A stretch of 64,000 nucleotides of DNA from an uncultured Acidimicrobiia bacterium (GTDB lineage Bacteria > Acidobacteriota > Vicinamibacteria > Vicinamibacterales > UBA2999). The notes under the pieces are model-generated. The model was not told the origin of the DNA and made no database searches. It worked only from the letters and a program-made list of their open reading frames with translations. A program made the translations under genes and the position numbers. Numbering within the stretch: the first letter of the stretch is position 1; every line of letters starts with the position of its first letter. The stretch lies in the NCBI GenBank assembly GCA_963795125.1, contig CAWCGQ010000002.1, positions 264,025 through 328,024 on the forward strand. Direction: 5' to 3'. Shown here piece by piece: positions 1-10,262 of the stretch.

Positions 1-353
1 GGGCGTCGTCCGAGTCGGACGCCTGGATGGCGGCGCGCGCCATCGCCAATTCGCCGCTCGTCAAGACCGCCGTCCACGGCGGCGATCCGAACTGGGGCCG
101 CCTGGTGGCGGCGGCCGGCCGCTCCGGCGCCGGCTTCGTCCTCGACGGCGCGCGCGTCCAGATCGGACCGCTGGTGCTGTTCGAGAACGGCCGGCCGTTC
201 GACGAACTCGCCCCGCAGGCGGCCGACTACCTGACGGGCAAGGAGCTCGCGATCGAGGTCGACCTGGGCACCGGCGGTCCGTACCGGGCCACCGTGTGGA
301 CCTGTGACCTGTCGGCCGACTACGTCAAGATCAACGCCGAATACCGGACCTAG
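1..353 (+). CDS. argJ: ArgJ (glutamate N-acetyltransferase / amino-acid acetyltransferase), C-terminal fragment; 5' end lies outside the window
   Basis: The frame of ORF 27..353 stays open to the window edge. The tail GGDPNWGRL...VWTCDLSADYVKINAEYRT matches the conserved ArgJ C-terminus, and argF follows directly. Confidence 0.85.
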   Translation, partial: ASSESDAWMAARAIANSPLVKTAVHGGDPNWGRLVAAAGRSGAGFVLDGARVQIGPLVLFENGRPFDELAPQAADYLTGKELAIEVDLGTGGPYRATVWTCDLSADYVKINAEYRT

Positions 354-380
354 GCGAACGCCGCGACTGAAATCGACAGC

Positions 381-1305
381 ATGCAGAATTTCCTCTCCAT
401 CCTCGACCTCGATCCCGATCGCATGGCGAAGCTGCTCGAGCTGGCGGCGAAGCTGAAGCGCGAGCGCGTCAAGGGCATGAAGGCGCCGACGTGGAATGCG
501 CTGAACGGCAAGCACGTCGGGCTGCTGTTCGAGAAGCCCTCGCTGCGGACGCGCGTCACCATGACGATCGGCGTGCGCGAGCTCGGCGGCGACATCGTCG
601 AGATCCCGGCCGACGTCATGCACGCCGACCGCGAGCCGATCAACGACGTCGCCCGCAACCTGGAGCGGTGGGTGGATGCGGTGGTGATCCGCACCTTCGC
701 GCAGGAGCGCCTGCACCAGATCGCCGAGATCACGCCGAAGCTGCACGTCATCAACGCGCTCAGCAACGAGGAACACCCCTGCCAGGCGCTGGCCGACATG
801 CAGACGCTGCACGAGCGGTGGAGCACGGTGGCCGGCCGACGGATCGCCTACGTCGGCGACGGCAACAACGTCTGCACCTCGCTGGTGCATGCCGCGATGA
901 TGCTCGGCGTGCACATGCACGTTGCCACGCCCAAGGGATTCGAGCTGCCCGACGAGGTCGTCGACCAGGCGGGTGAAGTGTCGCAGAAGGGCGCGGGATT
1001 GACGGAGTTCACCGATCCGAAGGCCGCGGTTCGCGACGTCGATGCGATCTACACCGATGTCTGGACGTCGATGGGCCAGGAAGTCGAGTACGCCGAGCGC
1101 AAGAAGACCTTCAGGCGTTACCAGGTCACCGAGAGCATGATGGCGCTCGCGAAACCGGGCGCGCTGTTCATGCACTGCCTCCCCGCCCATCGCGGCGAGG
1201 AAGTCAGCCGACGAAGTCATCGAGTCGCCGATTTCGGTGGTGTTCGACCAGGCGGAGAACCGCCTGCATGCGCAGAAGGCGCTGCTGGTCGACATGCTGA
1301 CGTAG
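381..1305 (+). pseudogene. argF: ornithine carbamoyltransferase, one frameshift near 1205-1210 as sequenced
   Basis: Contains the SLRTR, HPCQALAD and [11 protein letters not shown] motifs. After HRGEEV the conserved tail [31 protein letters not shown] continues in another frame to TAG 1303-1305. Confidence 0.9.
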
Positions 1306-1331
1306 GTCCGGGTCGAGGGCTCCGACCCGCG

Positions 1332-2702
1332 CTACGGCTGGTAGCGGCGTGCGCGGATCAACACCTGGATTTCGTCGTTGCGGTTGTTCTCGAAATTCAG
1401 GCGTTGACGGCCATCCGCGTCCAGGCTGATCGCCCCGGGGATCGAGCTGGCAACGACGGTCCATCCGGCAGGCAGCACCACGGCATTGCGAGGCCGGCCG
1501 AAGGCGCGGTCCCAGACCAACTCCTCGCCATCGAGCCGGTAACGGTTCGCATCGGTGTAGGTTTCGGTGATCCGGAGCCGAACCGACTGCCCCGGCTTCA
1601 CCGCCGGAAAGTTGATCACCACCACCTGCGTGGCATCGGCGACCGGTTCGCCGGCGTCAAGACCGCGCTTTTTCAGCTCGGCGCCGCTGATCGTTTCCAC
1701 CTTCAGCGCCTCACCGGTGTCGAGGAGCACGGCGGAGGGGTTGGCGACCGTGCTGCCGGCGCGGACGATGTTGAAGTAGTGCGCCACGCCCGGCCGCGAC
1801 TCCGTGTAGTCGTGATACAGGCTGAACGAATGCGTCGATGGATCGTTGGGAAAGTAGACGATCTCCCGATCCTGGTGCGCGCGATCGGAGAGCCGCGACG
1901 CCTGCGAGGCCATCGTCACCGTCGACGCCGGGCCGGCGGCCGTGGGGATGGCCGGCGTGAACGGCGCCAGCCCCGGCCTGGCCCGAATCACCAGCGGCGC
2001 CGCCGCGGCGCTGGTATTGAGGAACGTGATCATCACGCGCCCATCCGCGGTGGCCATCACCTGTGACGGCACGTTGCAGCTGATCAGGCGATAGCCGGCC
2101 GGCAACACCACGGCGTTGCGCTTGATGCCGAGCGATCGATCGAACACGATGGTGTCGCCGTCGCGGAAATAACTCTTCGCGTCCTTGTAGGTCTTGTCGA
2201 TCAGGACGCGACCCTCGCCGCCCTTCGGCACCGGCCGGGCGAGATGGACCTTGAGCCATTCGGTCTCGAGATCGGCGGTCGGGTGGCCTTCCTTCCGCGC
2301 CTGCGCGCCGCTGACCACTTCCCACTTGAGCTGCTGCCCGGTCATCATGTCGATGACGCTTTCGTCGGAGGCGATGCTGCCCTTGCGGATGGCGTTGAAG
2401 AAGAACGGGGCACCGGCGGAGGTCGCCGTCACTTCGTAAAGGATGCGAAACTGCGCGGTGTCGGGCGCCAGCAGCTCGTAGCGGGTGTAGTCGTCTTCCT
2501 GGGTTTGCCGTTGAGGCGGTTGCGCCGCCGCAGAGAGCGCGGAAAGGACAATCAGGGCCCCAGCAAGCGCGGCGGGGAAACCCAGGGCCGCAGAAGGCGC
2601 AGAAGGCGCAGAAGGCGCAGAAGGGAAACCCAGAGCCGCACAAGGCGCGGAAGCAAAAGTCGGGGCCGCGCAATTCGGCGTGACGATCGATCGGACGTTC
2701 AT
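1332..2702 (-). CDS. secreted hypothetical protein with an internally duplicated ~170-aa domain
   Basis: Start MNVRSIV at 2702; the longer ORF to 3083 would run antisense through pxpA. It has a hydrophobic signal-like N-terminus. Two homologous halves each end in RNAVVLPAGY/W...IRAR. Confidence 0.7.
   Translation of the reverse strand: MNVRSIVTPNCAAPTFASAPCAALGFPSAPSAPSAPSAALGFPAALAGALIVLSALSAAAQPPQRQTQEDDYTRYELLAPDTAQFRILYEVTATSAGAPFFFNAIRKGSIASDESVIDMMTGQQLKWEVVSGAQARKEGHPTADLETEWLKVHLARPVPKGGEGRVLIDKTYKDAKSYFRDGDTIVFDRSLGIKRNAVVLPAGYRLISCNVPSQVMATADGRVMITFLNTSAAAAPLVIRARPGLAPFTPAIPTAAGPASTVTMASQASRLSDRAHQDREIVYFPNDPSTHSFSLYHDYTESRPGVAHYFNIVRAGSTVANPSAVLLDTGEALKVETISGAELKKRGLDAGEPVADATQVVVINFPAVKPGQSVRLRITETYTDANRYRLDGEELVWDRAFGRPRNAVVLPAGWTVVASSIPGAISLDADGRQRLNFENNRNDEIQVLIRARRYQP
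2575..2648. repeat. coding tandem repeats: a 48-nt unit with two 26-nt near-identical copies, containing 9-nt gcagaaggc x4
   Basis: gggaaacccagggccgcagaaggcgc (2575-2600) matches gggaaacccagagccgcacaaggcgc (2623-2648). The 9-mer run spans 2590-2625. It encodes AALGFP-SAPSAPSAPS-AALGFP on the minus strand. Confidence 0.8.
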
Positions 2703-2750
2703 GCGCGAATCATAGCGCCGATCGGGTGAGGTAGAGTTCATCTGCAAGCG

Positions 2751-3512
2751 ATGCGCATTGACCTCAATTCCGACCTCGGCGAGTCGTTCGGTCCGTGGCC
2801 GATGGGCGCGGACGCGGCGCTGATGGACAGCATTTCGTCGGCCAACGTCGCGTGCGGCTTCCATGCGGGCGATCCCGGCACGATGCGGGTGACCGTCGCG
2901 CTGGCGCGCGAAAAAGGCGTGGCCGTCGGCGCCCACCCGGGGTTCCCGGACCTGGTCGGCTTCGGGCGGCGGGAGATCAAGGCGAGCCCTGCGGAGGTGG
3001 AGGACCTGGTGCTCTACCAGGTATCCGCGCTCGCCGGCATGGCGGCCGCGCACGGGATGAAGCTGCAGCACGTCAAGGCACACGGCGCGCTCTACAACAT
3101 GGCGTGCCGGGATCGGGCGCTGGCCGAGGCCATCGCCAGGGCGGTTGCCTCGTTCGATCGATCGTTGATTCTCTTCGGTCTGCCGAATTCCGAGTTGGTC
3201 CGCGCCGGCGAAGCGGCGGGCCTGGCGGTGGCCGCGGAAGCATTCGCCGATCGCGCCTACGACCCCGACGGCTCGCTCACGTCGCGCTCGAAGCCGGGCA
3301 GCGTCATCCAGGACACGCAGCAGGTCGTTGCGCGCGCGATCGCGATGGTGCGCGACCGTCAGGTGACGGCGGTCGATGGCTCAACCGTGGCGCTGCACGC
3401 CGACACGATCTGCCTGCATGGAGACACGCCCGGAGCCGCCGAGCATGCACGAGCGGTGAGGGCTGGACTGGAGCAGGCGGGAATAACCGTGAGGAGCCTT
3501 CGCCCTGAATGA
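2751..3512 (+). CDS. pxpA: 5-oxoprolinase subunit A (LamB/YcsF family)
   Basis: Intact 253-aa ORF. MRIDLNSDLGESFG, ANVACGFHAGDP and KAHGALYN are typical of LamB/YcsF PxpA. Confidence 0.9.
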   Translation: MRIDLNSDLGESFGPWPMGADAALMDSISSANVACGFHAGDPGTMRVTVALAREKGVAVGAHPGFPDLVGFGRREIKASPAEVEDLVLYQVSALAGMAAAHGMKLQHVKAHGALYNMACRDRALAEAIARAVASFDRSLILFGLPNSELVRAGEAAGLAVAAEAFADRAYDPDGSLTSRSKPGSVIQDTQQVVARAIAMVRDRQVTAVDGSTVALHADTICLHGDTPGAAEHARAVRAGLEQAGITVRSLRPE

Positions 3513-3516
3513 CTAA

Positions 3517-3544
3517 GGGCGGCGCTCCCGAAGGAACGCCGCCC
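3517..3544. terminator. GC-rich hairpin between the convergent pxpA and DGQHR genes
   Basis: gggcggcg (3517-3524) pairs with cgccgccc (3537-3544). Three more inner pairs close a cgaa tetraloop. No clear U-tract on either strand. Confidence 0.5.
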
Positions 3545-3774
3545 AAAAGTTGCCGCCAACCTGGCTCCCCCCAGCTACTGCAGCACTAATGCCACAGTAA
3601 ACAGACTGGCGACGGAGACTGCCAATCCAAAGTCCGTGCCGCCAGTGCCGATGCTCGATTGCGCCGGATTTCGACATTCGCCCGCGCCCGAGGCTGCACG
3701 CCACCTGCGGAATTGATCGCTGCGATCACAATTCTCGCGTGCCGGCCTGGGCAAATCGCCGCAGCGATGGGCTG

Positions 3775-4912
3775 TTAGCCGGCCGCACCCTCAGGATATT
3801 GCAGCGCCAGTCGCAGTTCCTTGGTCAGGTTATCGACCGTCGTGCCCTGCCGCTTCCACGCGCCGTCGGTCTCGAAGCGCAGCGCGCCGATGCGGCGGCC
3901 CCACGGCGAAATGACCCGGCCGATGGCGCGGAAGTCGGTGCGATCGGCGTGGTGCTGATCGATCTTCTGGATCACATCCGGCGCGACGCGGATGAACGCG
4001 CGCAGCGCGGTGGCCGACTTGATGCTGTACTTGCGGCCGTTCCATGCCGACTCGAAGATGCTGGCGATCTGCTTGAAGTAGTTGACGAAAAACTTCTTCG
4101 ACTCCTCGCGGAACTGTTCGCTCTTGCGGGCGCCGCCGAGCGCGGCCTCGTCCGCAAACAGCTTCTTGAGCTCCTGCGCGAGCGGCGCCTGGCCGACGCG
4201 GCCCTTGCCGACGCCGAGCAGCTTGATCTCGCCGTAGAGCGGCGATTCGTCGCGGTCGTTGATGCGCGCGCACCACGTCGTGCGCGGCGGCCAGCGCCTC
4301 GTCCCGATAGAGCTGGCGGCCCGACAGCGACACCAGGTGCGACGCGTTGAGGCGCGTGTGCTTGGCGTTGATGGTCACGAACATCTGGACGATGTGGTCT
4401 TCGGGAACGCGATCGAAAATGATCGCCGGCACGGTGAAGGGCTCGTCGCCGAACCGATCGATGTCGGCGTGCAGCGCCAGCAGGCGATGCTGTCCGTCGA
4501 TCGCGCGCAGGATGCCTTCGCGCTCCGGCACCTTCAGCCGGCCCACCCACGATCCGCTCTCGGTCGGCTCGAAGCTCAGCTTCTCGTCGCACGAAATGAT
4601 CACGGCGCCCGGAATCGACGGCAGGTCGCGCGCCTGGCGGCACTGTTCGTAGTACTCGACCAGCTCGTCGATCTTCTTGCGGATGATCTGGCGCTGATAC
4701 GCCTTCTCATTCGAGGCAATGCGGCGCTCGAGCAGATCCCAGTTGATCTTCGTTTGCGGGCCTTTTTTCTTGCCCCGCACGCCGGCCTGCCCTTGTTCCT
4801 GGTAGCTGAGCACTTCGAAGCGCACCAGCTTGTCGATATCGCTGGCCGTCAAAGAGGCCTGATAGAATTGCACGCCGAACTGCTGCATCCGGATAGCGGC
4901 TACGCTGATCAT
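3775..4912 (-). pseudogene. DGQHR domain protein (DndB-like, ParB/Srx superfamily), one frameshift near 4260
   Basis: The motif AIDGQHRLLAL lies in ORF 3830..4912. After ...AAHDVVRA the sequence continues in another frame (RINDRDESPLYGEIKLLG...QYPEGAAG) to the stop at 3775. Confidence 0.8.
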
Positions 4913-5046
4913 ATGAGTCCGTCCAAAGAGGTGGATTCTATCGTTTGCGGCTGCGCACGCTCAACGATTTTTGCCCGAAATCGTGAGGGTCCGGACCTAG
5001 ACCCGCCGGCAAAACGTCTCGTAAGTCTCTACATTTTAAGGACTTA

Positions 5047-7851
5047 TTGCAATGCCCAGAAAGATTGGCTCTTTTCGCATTTGTTGTCATCTTCGGCCTA
5101 ACCGCCAGCTCAGCCGTTCCAACTGCGCAGTCTGGCAAGGCTCAGGCGGGTTCCGCCCTGCCCGACGATGCGGACTTCGCGGCGTTTGTGAAGAAGGCCA
5201 CCACCAAGCCGGAGTTCCTGTCGCCGCTCGTCGATCATCTGCCCACGAAAGACCGGCGTGCCGTCGCCAAAGGATGTGCTCGGCTACCACATCGGCACCG
5301 AGAAGAAGCTGACCTACGTCGCGGATCAACAGCGCTACTTCCGCGCGCTCGAGAAGGCGCTGCCGGGACGCGTCAAGACCGAGGTCGTCGGCAGGACCGA
5401 GGAGGGCCGCGACGTGATGGTGCTCTACGTCATCGTCGGAAGCCAACCTCAAGAACCTCGAAATCAATCGGCAGAACACCAGGAAGATCGCCGACCCGCG
5501 CGGGCTGACCGAGGCGCAGGTCGCAGCAGCTGATCGCGACGACCAAGCCGCACTATCACATCAGCGCGGGGCTCCACAGCGGCGAGACCAATCCTCCTGA
5601 AGCCGTGATCGAGCTGGCCTATCGCCTCGCGGTCAGCGACGAGCCCTACATCAAGCAGATTCGCGACAACGTGATCGTCAGCATCACCGGCGCCACCGAC
5701 GTCGACGGCCGCGATCGCTACGTCGACTGGTATTACGCCTACAAGATCGATGAAGCCTACGACGGCGGCGAGAATTACGGCGGTCCGCCCTACTGGGGCA
5801 AGTACGTGTTCCACGACAACAACCGCGACATCAACTACGGCGTCGACTCATTGCGCGTGCACCTCAACTGGTATCTGCAACTGGGTGCCGCCGATCTGGC
5901 ACGACGTGCACGAGGCGCAGACGCTGCTCTACACTTTCAGCGGCCAGCCGCCGCAGAACGCCAACCTCGATCCGATCCTCTACACCGAGCTGCCGTTCTT
6001 CGCGACCTACGAAGTGAACAAGCTGACGTCGTACGGCATGCCGGGCGTGTGGCACTTCGGCTTCGTCGACATGTGGTCGCCCGGCTATCTCGGCTTCGCC
6101 GCCGCCAACCACAACGGCATGCTGCGGATGTACGAAGTCTTCAACCAGGGCGGCGCCAACACCAAGAAGGCGCGCCTCTCGGGCAGCCAGACGACGCGGC
6201 AGTGGTACCGGCCCAACCCGGCGCCGGTCGGCGAGGTCGACTGGTCGATTCGCAATTCGATCAACTACGCGCAGACCGGCCTGCTGACCGCGCTCGAGCT
6301 GACCTCGAAGTTCCCGCAGATGGTGGTCGAGAACTACTACAAGAAGATCCGCGAACGCCGTGAAGCGCGGCGCCGACAAACCGCCGCACGCGTTCGTGAT
6401 TCCCGGCGGCCAGCGCGATCAGGCGCAGGTCGATCGCGTCGCCAACCTGCTGCGCCGCCAGGCCATCGAAGTGCATCGCGCCACCGCCGAGATCAAGGTC
6501 AAGGAAGGCACCTTCCCGGCCGGCTCGTACATCGTCAAACTGAACCAGCCGTACGGCCCGCTGGCGAAGACGCTGATCGAGAAGCAGAACTATCCCGATG
6601 CCGGCGCTGACCACCTACGACGACAGCGCCTGGTCGATGGGGATGGCGAACAACATCGACATCAAGACCATCGAGGACAAGAGCATCCTCGACGCGCCGG
6701 CGGCGCTGCTGACGGCCGATGTCGTCACCGCCGGAGCGATCAGCGGCACCGGCGCGGTGACGATCGTCAGGCACAACGGCGCGCTGAACCTGATCACGCT
6801 GCGCCATCGCCTGAAGGACGTGCCGATGAAGGGCGCGAAGGCGTCGTTCAAGGTCGGCGACGTCGAGTTCCCGGCCGGTTCGCTGATCGTCGAATCGGCC
6901 GGCGATCGCGCGCGCAAGGAGATTGAGTCGCTCGGCCTGGTCGCCACCGCGGTCGCCTCGGCGCCGGACGTCGAGACCGTCAACCTCGACCTGCCGCGCA
7001 TCGCGATGTACACGACCTGGGCGAATACCGAAAAGGTCGGCTGGGTGCGCCTGGCGTTCGATCGCTGGGAGATTCCGTTCGATCTGATTCACAAGGATCA
7101 CGTGCAGGCCGGCGCGAACCTGCGCGTCGAAGTACGACGTCATCGTGATGCCGCACCAGACCAACAACGGCAAGTCGATCGTCTACGAGCAGCCGAAGCT
7201 GTCGAAGCCGCTGCCCTACAAGAAGAACGACAAGTTCAAGTCGATGGGCATGTATGCGCGAGACCGACGACGTGCGCGGCGGCATGGGCCTGGCCGGCGC
7301 GGCGGAATTCCAGAAGTTCGTCGAGGACGGCGGCGTGCTCGTCACGATGGGCGTGGCCAGCTACTTCCCCGCCGAGTTCGGCATCGCCAAGGGCGTCGAC
7401 GCGCAGAACACCGCGCCGGGCTTCTATGCGCCGGGCCCGTACGTCAACAGCGAGATTCTGATCCCGACCCATCCGACGATGTTCGGCTATGCGCAGAAGA
7501 CGCTGCCGGTGCGCTACGCCGGTGGACCGCTGCTGCAGGCAGGTCCGCCGGCCGGCTTCGAGCAGTTCGCCGGATCGTCACCGGATCGTCCGCAGGTGGT
7601 GGCGCGCTTCACCGGCGGCGAGGCCGGCGTGCTGAGCGGCCTGATGCGCAACCCCGATCAGATTCGCAACCGCCCGATGGTGGTCGACGCGCCGTCCGGC
7701 AAGGGCCGCGTGATCCTGTTCGCGAACAATCCGATCTATCGCTGGCAGACCTTCGGCGAGCACGCCATGGTGTTCAACGCGCTGCTGTTCTGGAACGACA
7801 TGCCGCCGCCGGAGACGGCGAAGCCGCCGACCAGCGCGGCACCAGCAGTAG
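5047..7851 (+). pseudogene. M14-family zinc carboxypeptidase-like secreted protein (~930 aa), at least 8 frameshifts
   Basis: Signal-like N-terminus LALFAFVVIFGLTASSAVPTAQS and an HxxE motif (GLHSGE). One continuous protein can be rebuilt across ORFs 5047, 5258, 5605, 5750, 6360, 6598, 7145 and 7254. The 3' end is uncertain. Confidence 0.7.
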
Positions 7852-8403
7852 TCAGTGCGCGGCTCGTCGAGGAACTCCCTCATCAGAGCCGCGTTCTTGT
7901 CGTTGGCCTTGAACCAGATGTCGACCAGCGGACCGATCAGCGGAATGCGCGCCGAGCATCACGTCGACCAGCACGTTCGACAGCATCTTCGACACCAGGC
8001 TCGGCGGCGGCCCGTAGCTGAAGCGCGCGCGCGATCAGCGTCAGCGACACCGCCGCGCCGGCGAAGTTGCCGAACACCGGAATCAGATCCAGCACCGCAT
8101 CGAGGCCGACCCGGCCGATGATCGGCAGCGTGACCGCGCTGTCCATGATCTTCGCCAGCCGATCGATCTGCAGGCCGAAGATGCTTTTCGCTTCGTCGAT
8201 GCCGATGCCGCGCGCCTGCGCGAAGCGCGCGATGCCGGTGAAGGCCTGGGCGGCGACCCCGCCGACGCGGCGATCGATCACCGCCGCCATCTTCTCCGCG
8301 CCCTGCGCAGGAACACCCAGCGCAGCGCGAAGTAGCCGAACAGGCCGACGACCAGGACGACGACGAACGCGGCGACAAGCCACAGGAGCAGGGTTTCAAG
8401 CAC
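7852..8403 (-). pseudogene. DUF4112-like small membrane protein, at least 3 frameshifts
   Basis: TM-like N-terminus LETLLLWLVAAFVVVLVVGLF from GTG 8403. The core LPIIGRVGLDAVLDLIPVFGNFAGAAVS...AIPLIGPLVDIWFKAN spans three frames. The 3' end is uncertain. Confidence 0.55.
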
Positions 8404-8445
8404 TACTCATCTTGGCACTGTACGCATCCCACGCACCTTCGCACC

Positions 8446-9249
8446 CTAGCTGATCCGTTTGGCGGTAATCATCAGCCTGGCGTCGGCCATGGTCAGCTGT
8501 GTCACCTTGCCGACGTCACGCGCAAAGGCGATCTTCACGGTCGGCACGCCGGTCGGGAAGAAGATCAGGTTGCCGGTGTGCATCAGGAACCGTCGAGACG
8601 GGCTGTTGGGACGGTCGAGGCCGAGGCGATCCTGCTGCACGTCGATCGTGAAGAAGTCGCGCGGGCCCGGCCCGTAGACATACTTGCCGACCAGCGCGTC
8701 GCGATCCGCGGGTGCGAGCGGTTGCGTCGCCATCGGGATGTCGGCATCACCGAGGCCCGTCAGATACTGCACGACGGCGGCGGCATCCGCGCCGCCGGCC
8801 CTGGCATGCGACATCAGGGTGATGCCGTGCGGACCGTAGGTTCTCTGGATGCCGGGCCGCGCCGCAACGAACGCCTTCACGGCGTCGAGCTGCCCCATCA
8901 TCGCCGCGGAAAACAGCGTCGGCCGCGCGCCGTGGTTCAGCAGAAAATCCGCAATCGGTTTGTTGCCGACGTGCGAGGCGGCATCGAGACAGGTCTCCCA
9001 GTCGCCGAATCCCCAGTCGATCGACGCGCCCGCCATCGCCGGCTGCTTCTCGACCAGCTCGCGAACGCGCGCGAAGTTGCCGTGCGACGCGCCGACGGCG
9101 TCTTTGACGAGGCCGGGATCCTGTTGCGGAAAGGCATCGGCGCCGGCGATCGGGTACGGCGCCGGCGGCGCCTGACCCCAGGCCCGCGTGGCGGTCGCGG
9201 AAATGCCGAGGGCGGCAAACGAGAAGAACGAGCGGCGTGAAAACGACAT
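8446..9249 (-). CDS. exported ankyrin-repeat protein
   Basis: Intact 267-aa ORF. Tat-like N-terminus MSFSRRSFFSFAALG...ATRAWGQ, followed by ANK-like repeats (LDAASHVGNKPIADFLLNHGARP; AAMMGQLDAVKAFV). Confidence 0.7.
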   Translation of the reverse strand: MSFSRRSFFSFAALGISATATRAWGQAPPAPYPIAGADAFPQQDPGLVKDAVGASHGNFARVRELVEKQPAMAGASIDWGFGDWETCLDAASHVGNKPIADFLLNHGARPTLFSAAMMGQLDAVKAFVAARPGIQRTYGPHGITLMSHARAGGADAAAVVQYLTGLGDADIPMATQPLAPADRDALVGKYVYGPGPRDFFTIDVQQDRLGLDRPNSPSRRFLMHTGNLIFFPTGVPTVKIAFARDVGKVTQLTMADARLMITAKRIS

Positions 9250-9337
9250 GCACTGACCTCCGGCACGCGTTATCGCAGGAGCGCGCCCGTTCAGGACAAG
9301 CCAGAATGAGTTCAGGATCTAACCCGAGTCAGGTCAG

Positions 9338-10247
9338 TCAGTTACCGGGACGGTTGAGGACGTGCTCGCGGACCGCGCGCTCGAATTCCTCGACCACTGC
9401 CGTCTCCAGCCCGTCCACGCCGCCGCCGGGCATCGTCAGACGGTTGGCCTTGAGGTGGGCTTCGTCGGCGAGGCGGATGAAGTGCGTGATGAAGCGCAGG
9501 CCGCTTTCGCCCTGTCTGCAGCTGACCGAGCAGAACGTAGTCGAGGCGCGGGCCGGCTTTGAGCGCGCTTCAGGTTGCGGATGTTGCGCGGCTGGCGCAG
9601 GAGGTCGCAGTTGCCGATGACGGCGATGCGATCGCGATCGAGCTTCGACGAGACGTTCGACGACGAGATCGGACAGGCCCGCCACCAGGCGATCGTGCTC
9701 GACCAGACCGGTTTCGTTGTCGAAGATCGAGACGCCGACGAGCACCGGTCTGGACGCTGCGGCACCGCCGCTGGTCGCGCCGAGGTAGCCGCATGAGTGC
9801 CGACGACCGCGACCAGCGCGACGAGGCACGCCGATGACCAGCGTCGAACCATCGAGGGCTCCGGCCGCGGCGGAACTGGTCGGCGGCTCCGGCACGGATC
9901 GGCAGCGATCGGCGACGCCGGCGACGTGGCGCCGCCGGAGAGCGGGGCGATGAACTTGAATCCGCGCTTGGGGACGGTCTGCACGAAACGCGGGTTGTCG
10001 CCACTGTCGCCGAGAGCGGTGCGAATCTGCGAGACGCAGTAGGCGAGTCCGCGATCGAAATCGACGTGCGTGTCCGCGCCCCAGACCGCATCGCGCAGCT
10101 CTTCGCGACTGACGATCTCGCCGCCCTTCGACAGCAGCAGCGCGAGCGCCTTCGCCGGCTGCGGCTCGAGCGCCACGGCGCGCCCGTTCTTGCGCAGCTC
10201 GCCGTTGTCGCTCGTCGAACTCGAAGACTGCCGAATCGGTAAATCAT
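9338..10247 (-). pseudogene. CadC/OmpR-type winged-helix transcriptional regulator with a C-terminal TolB-N-like domain, ~4 frameshifts
   Basis: The wHTH core is ALEPQPAKALALLLSKGGEIVSREELRDAVWGADTHVDFDRGLAYCVSQIRTALGD..RFVQTVPKRGFKF. The N- and C-terminal pieces sit in other frames. Confidence 0.7.
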
Positions 10248-10262
10248 GGCTCGCTACGCACC

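Noticed and set aside
3513-3704. A 63-aa minus-strand ORF, and a possible small TM peptide, downstream of the DGQHR gene
   Set aside because: It has no convincing start or RBS, odd composition, and overlaps the terminator hairpin. I cannot support it as coding, so it is left as part of the spacer.
3775-4912. The DGQHR gene as evidence of a complete Dnd or Dpd DNA-modification/defence system
   Set aside because: None of the partner genes (cysteine desulfurase, PAPS-reductase-like DndC, SMC-like DndD, TGT-like DpdA, helicases or nucleases) is present anywhere in the window. Only an orphan gene can be claimed.
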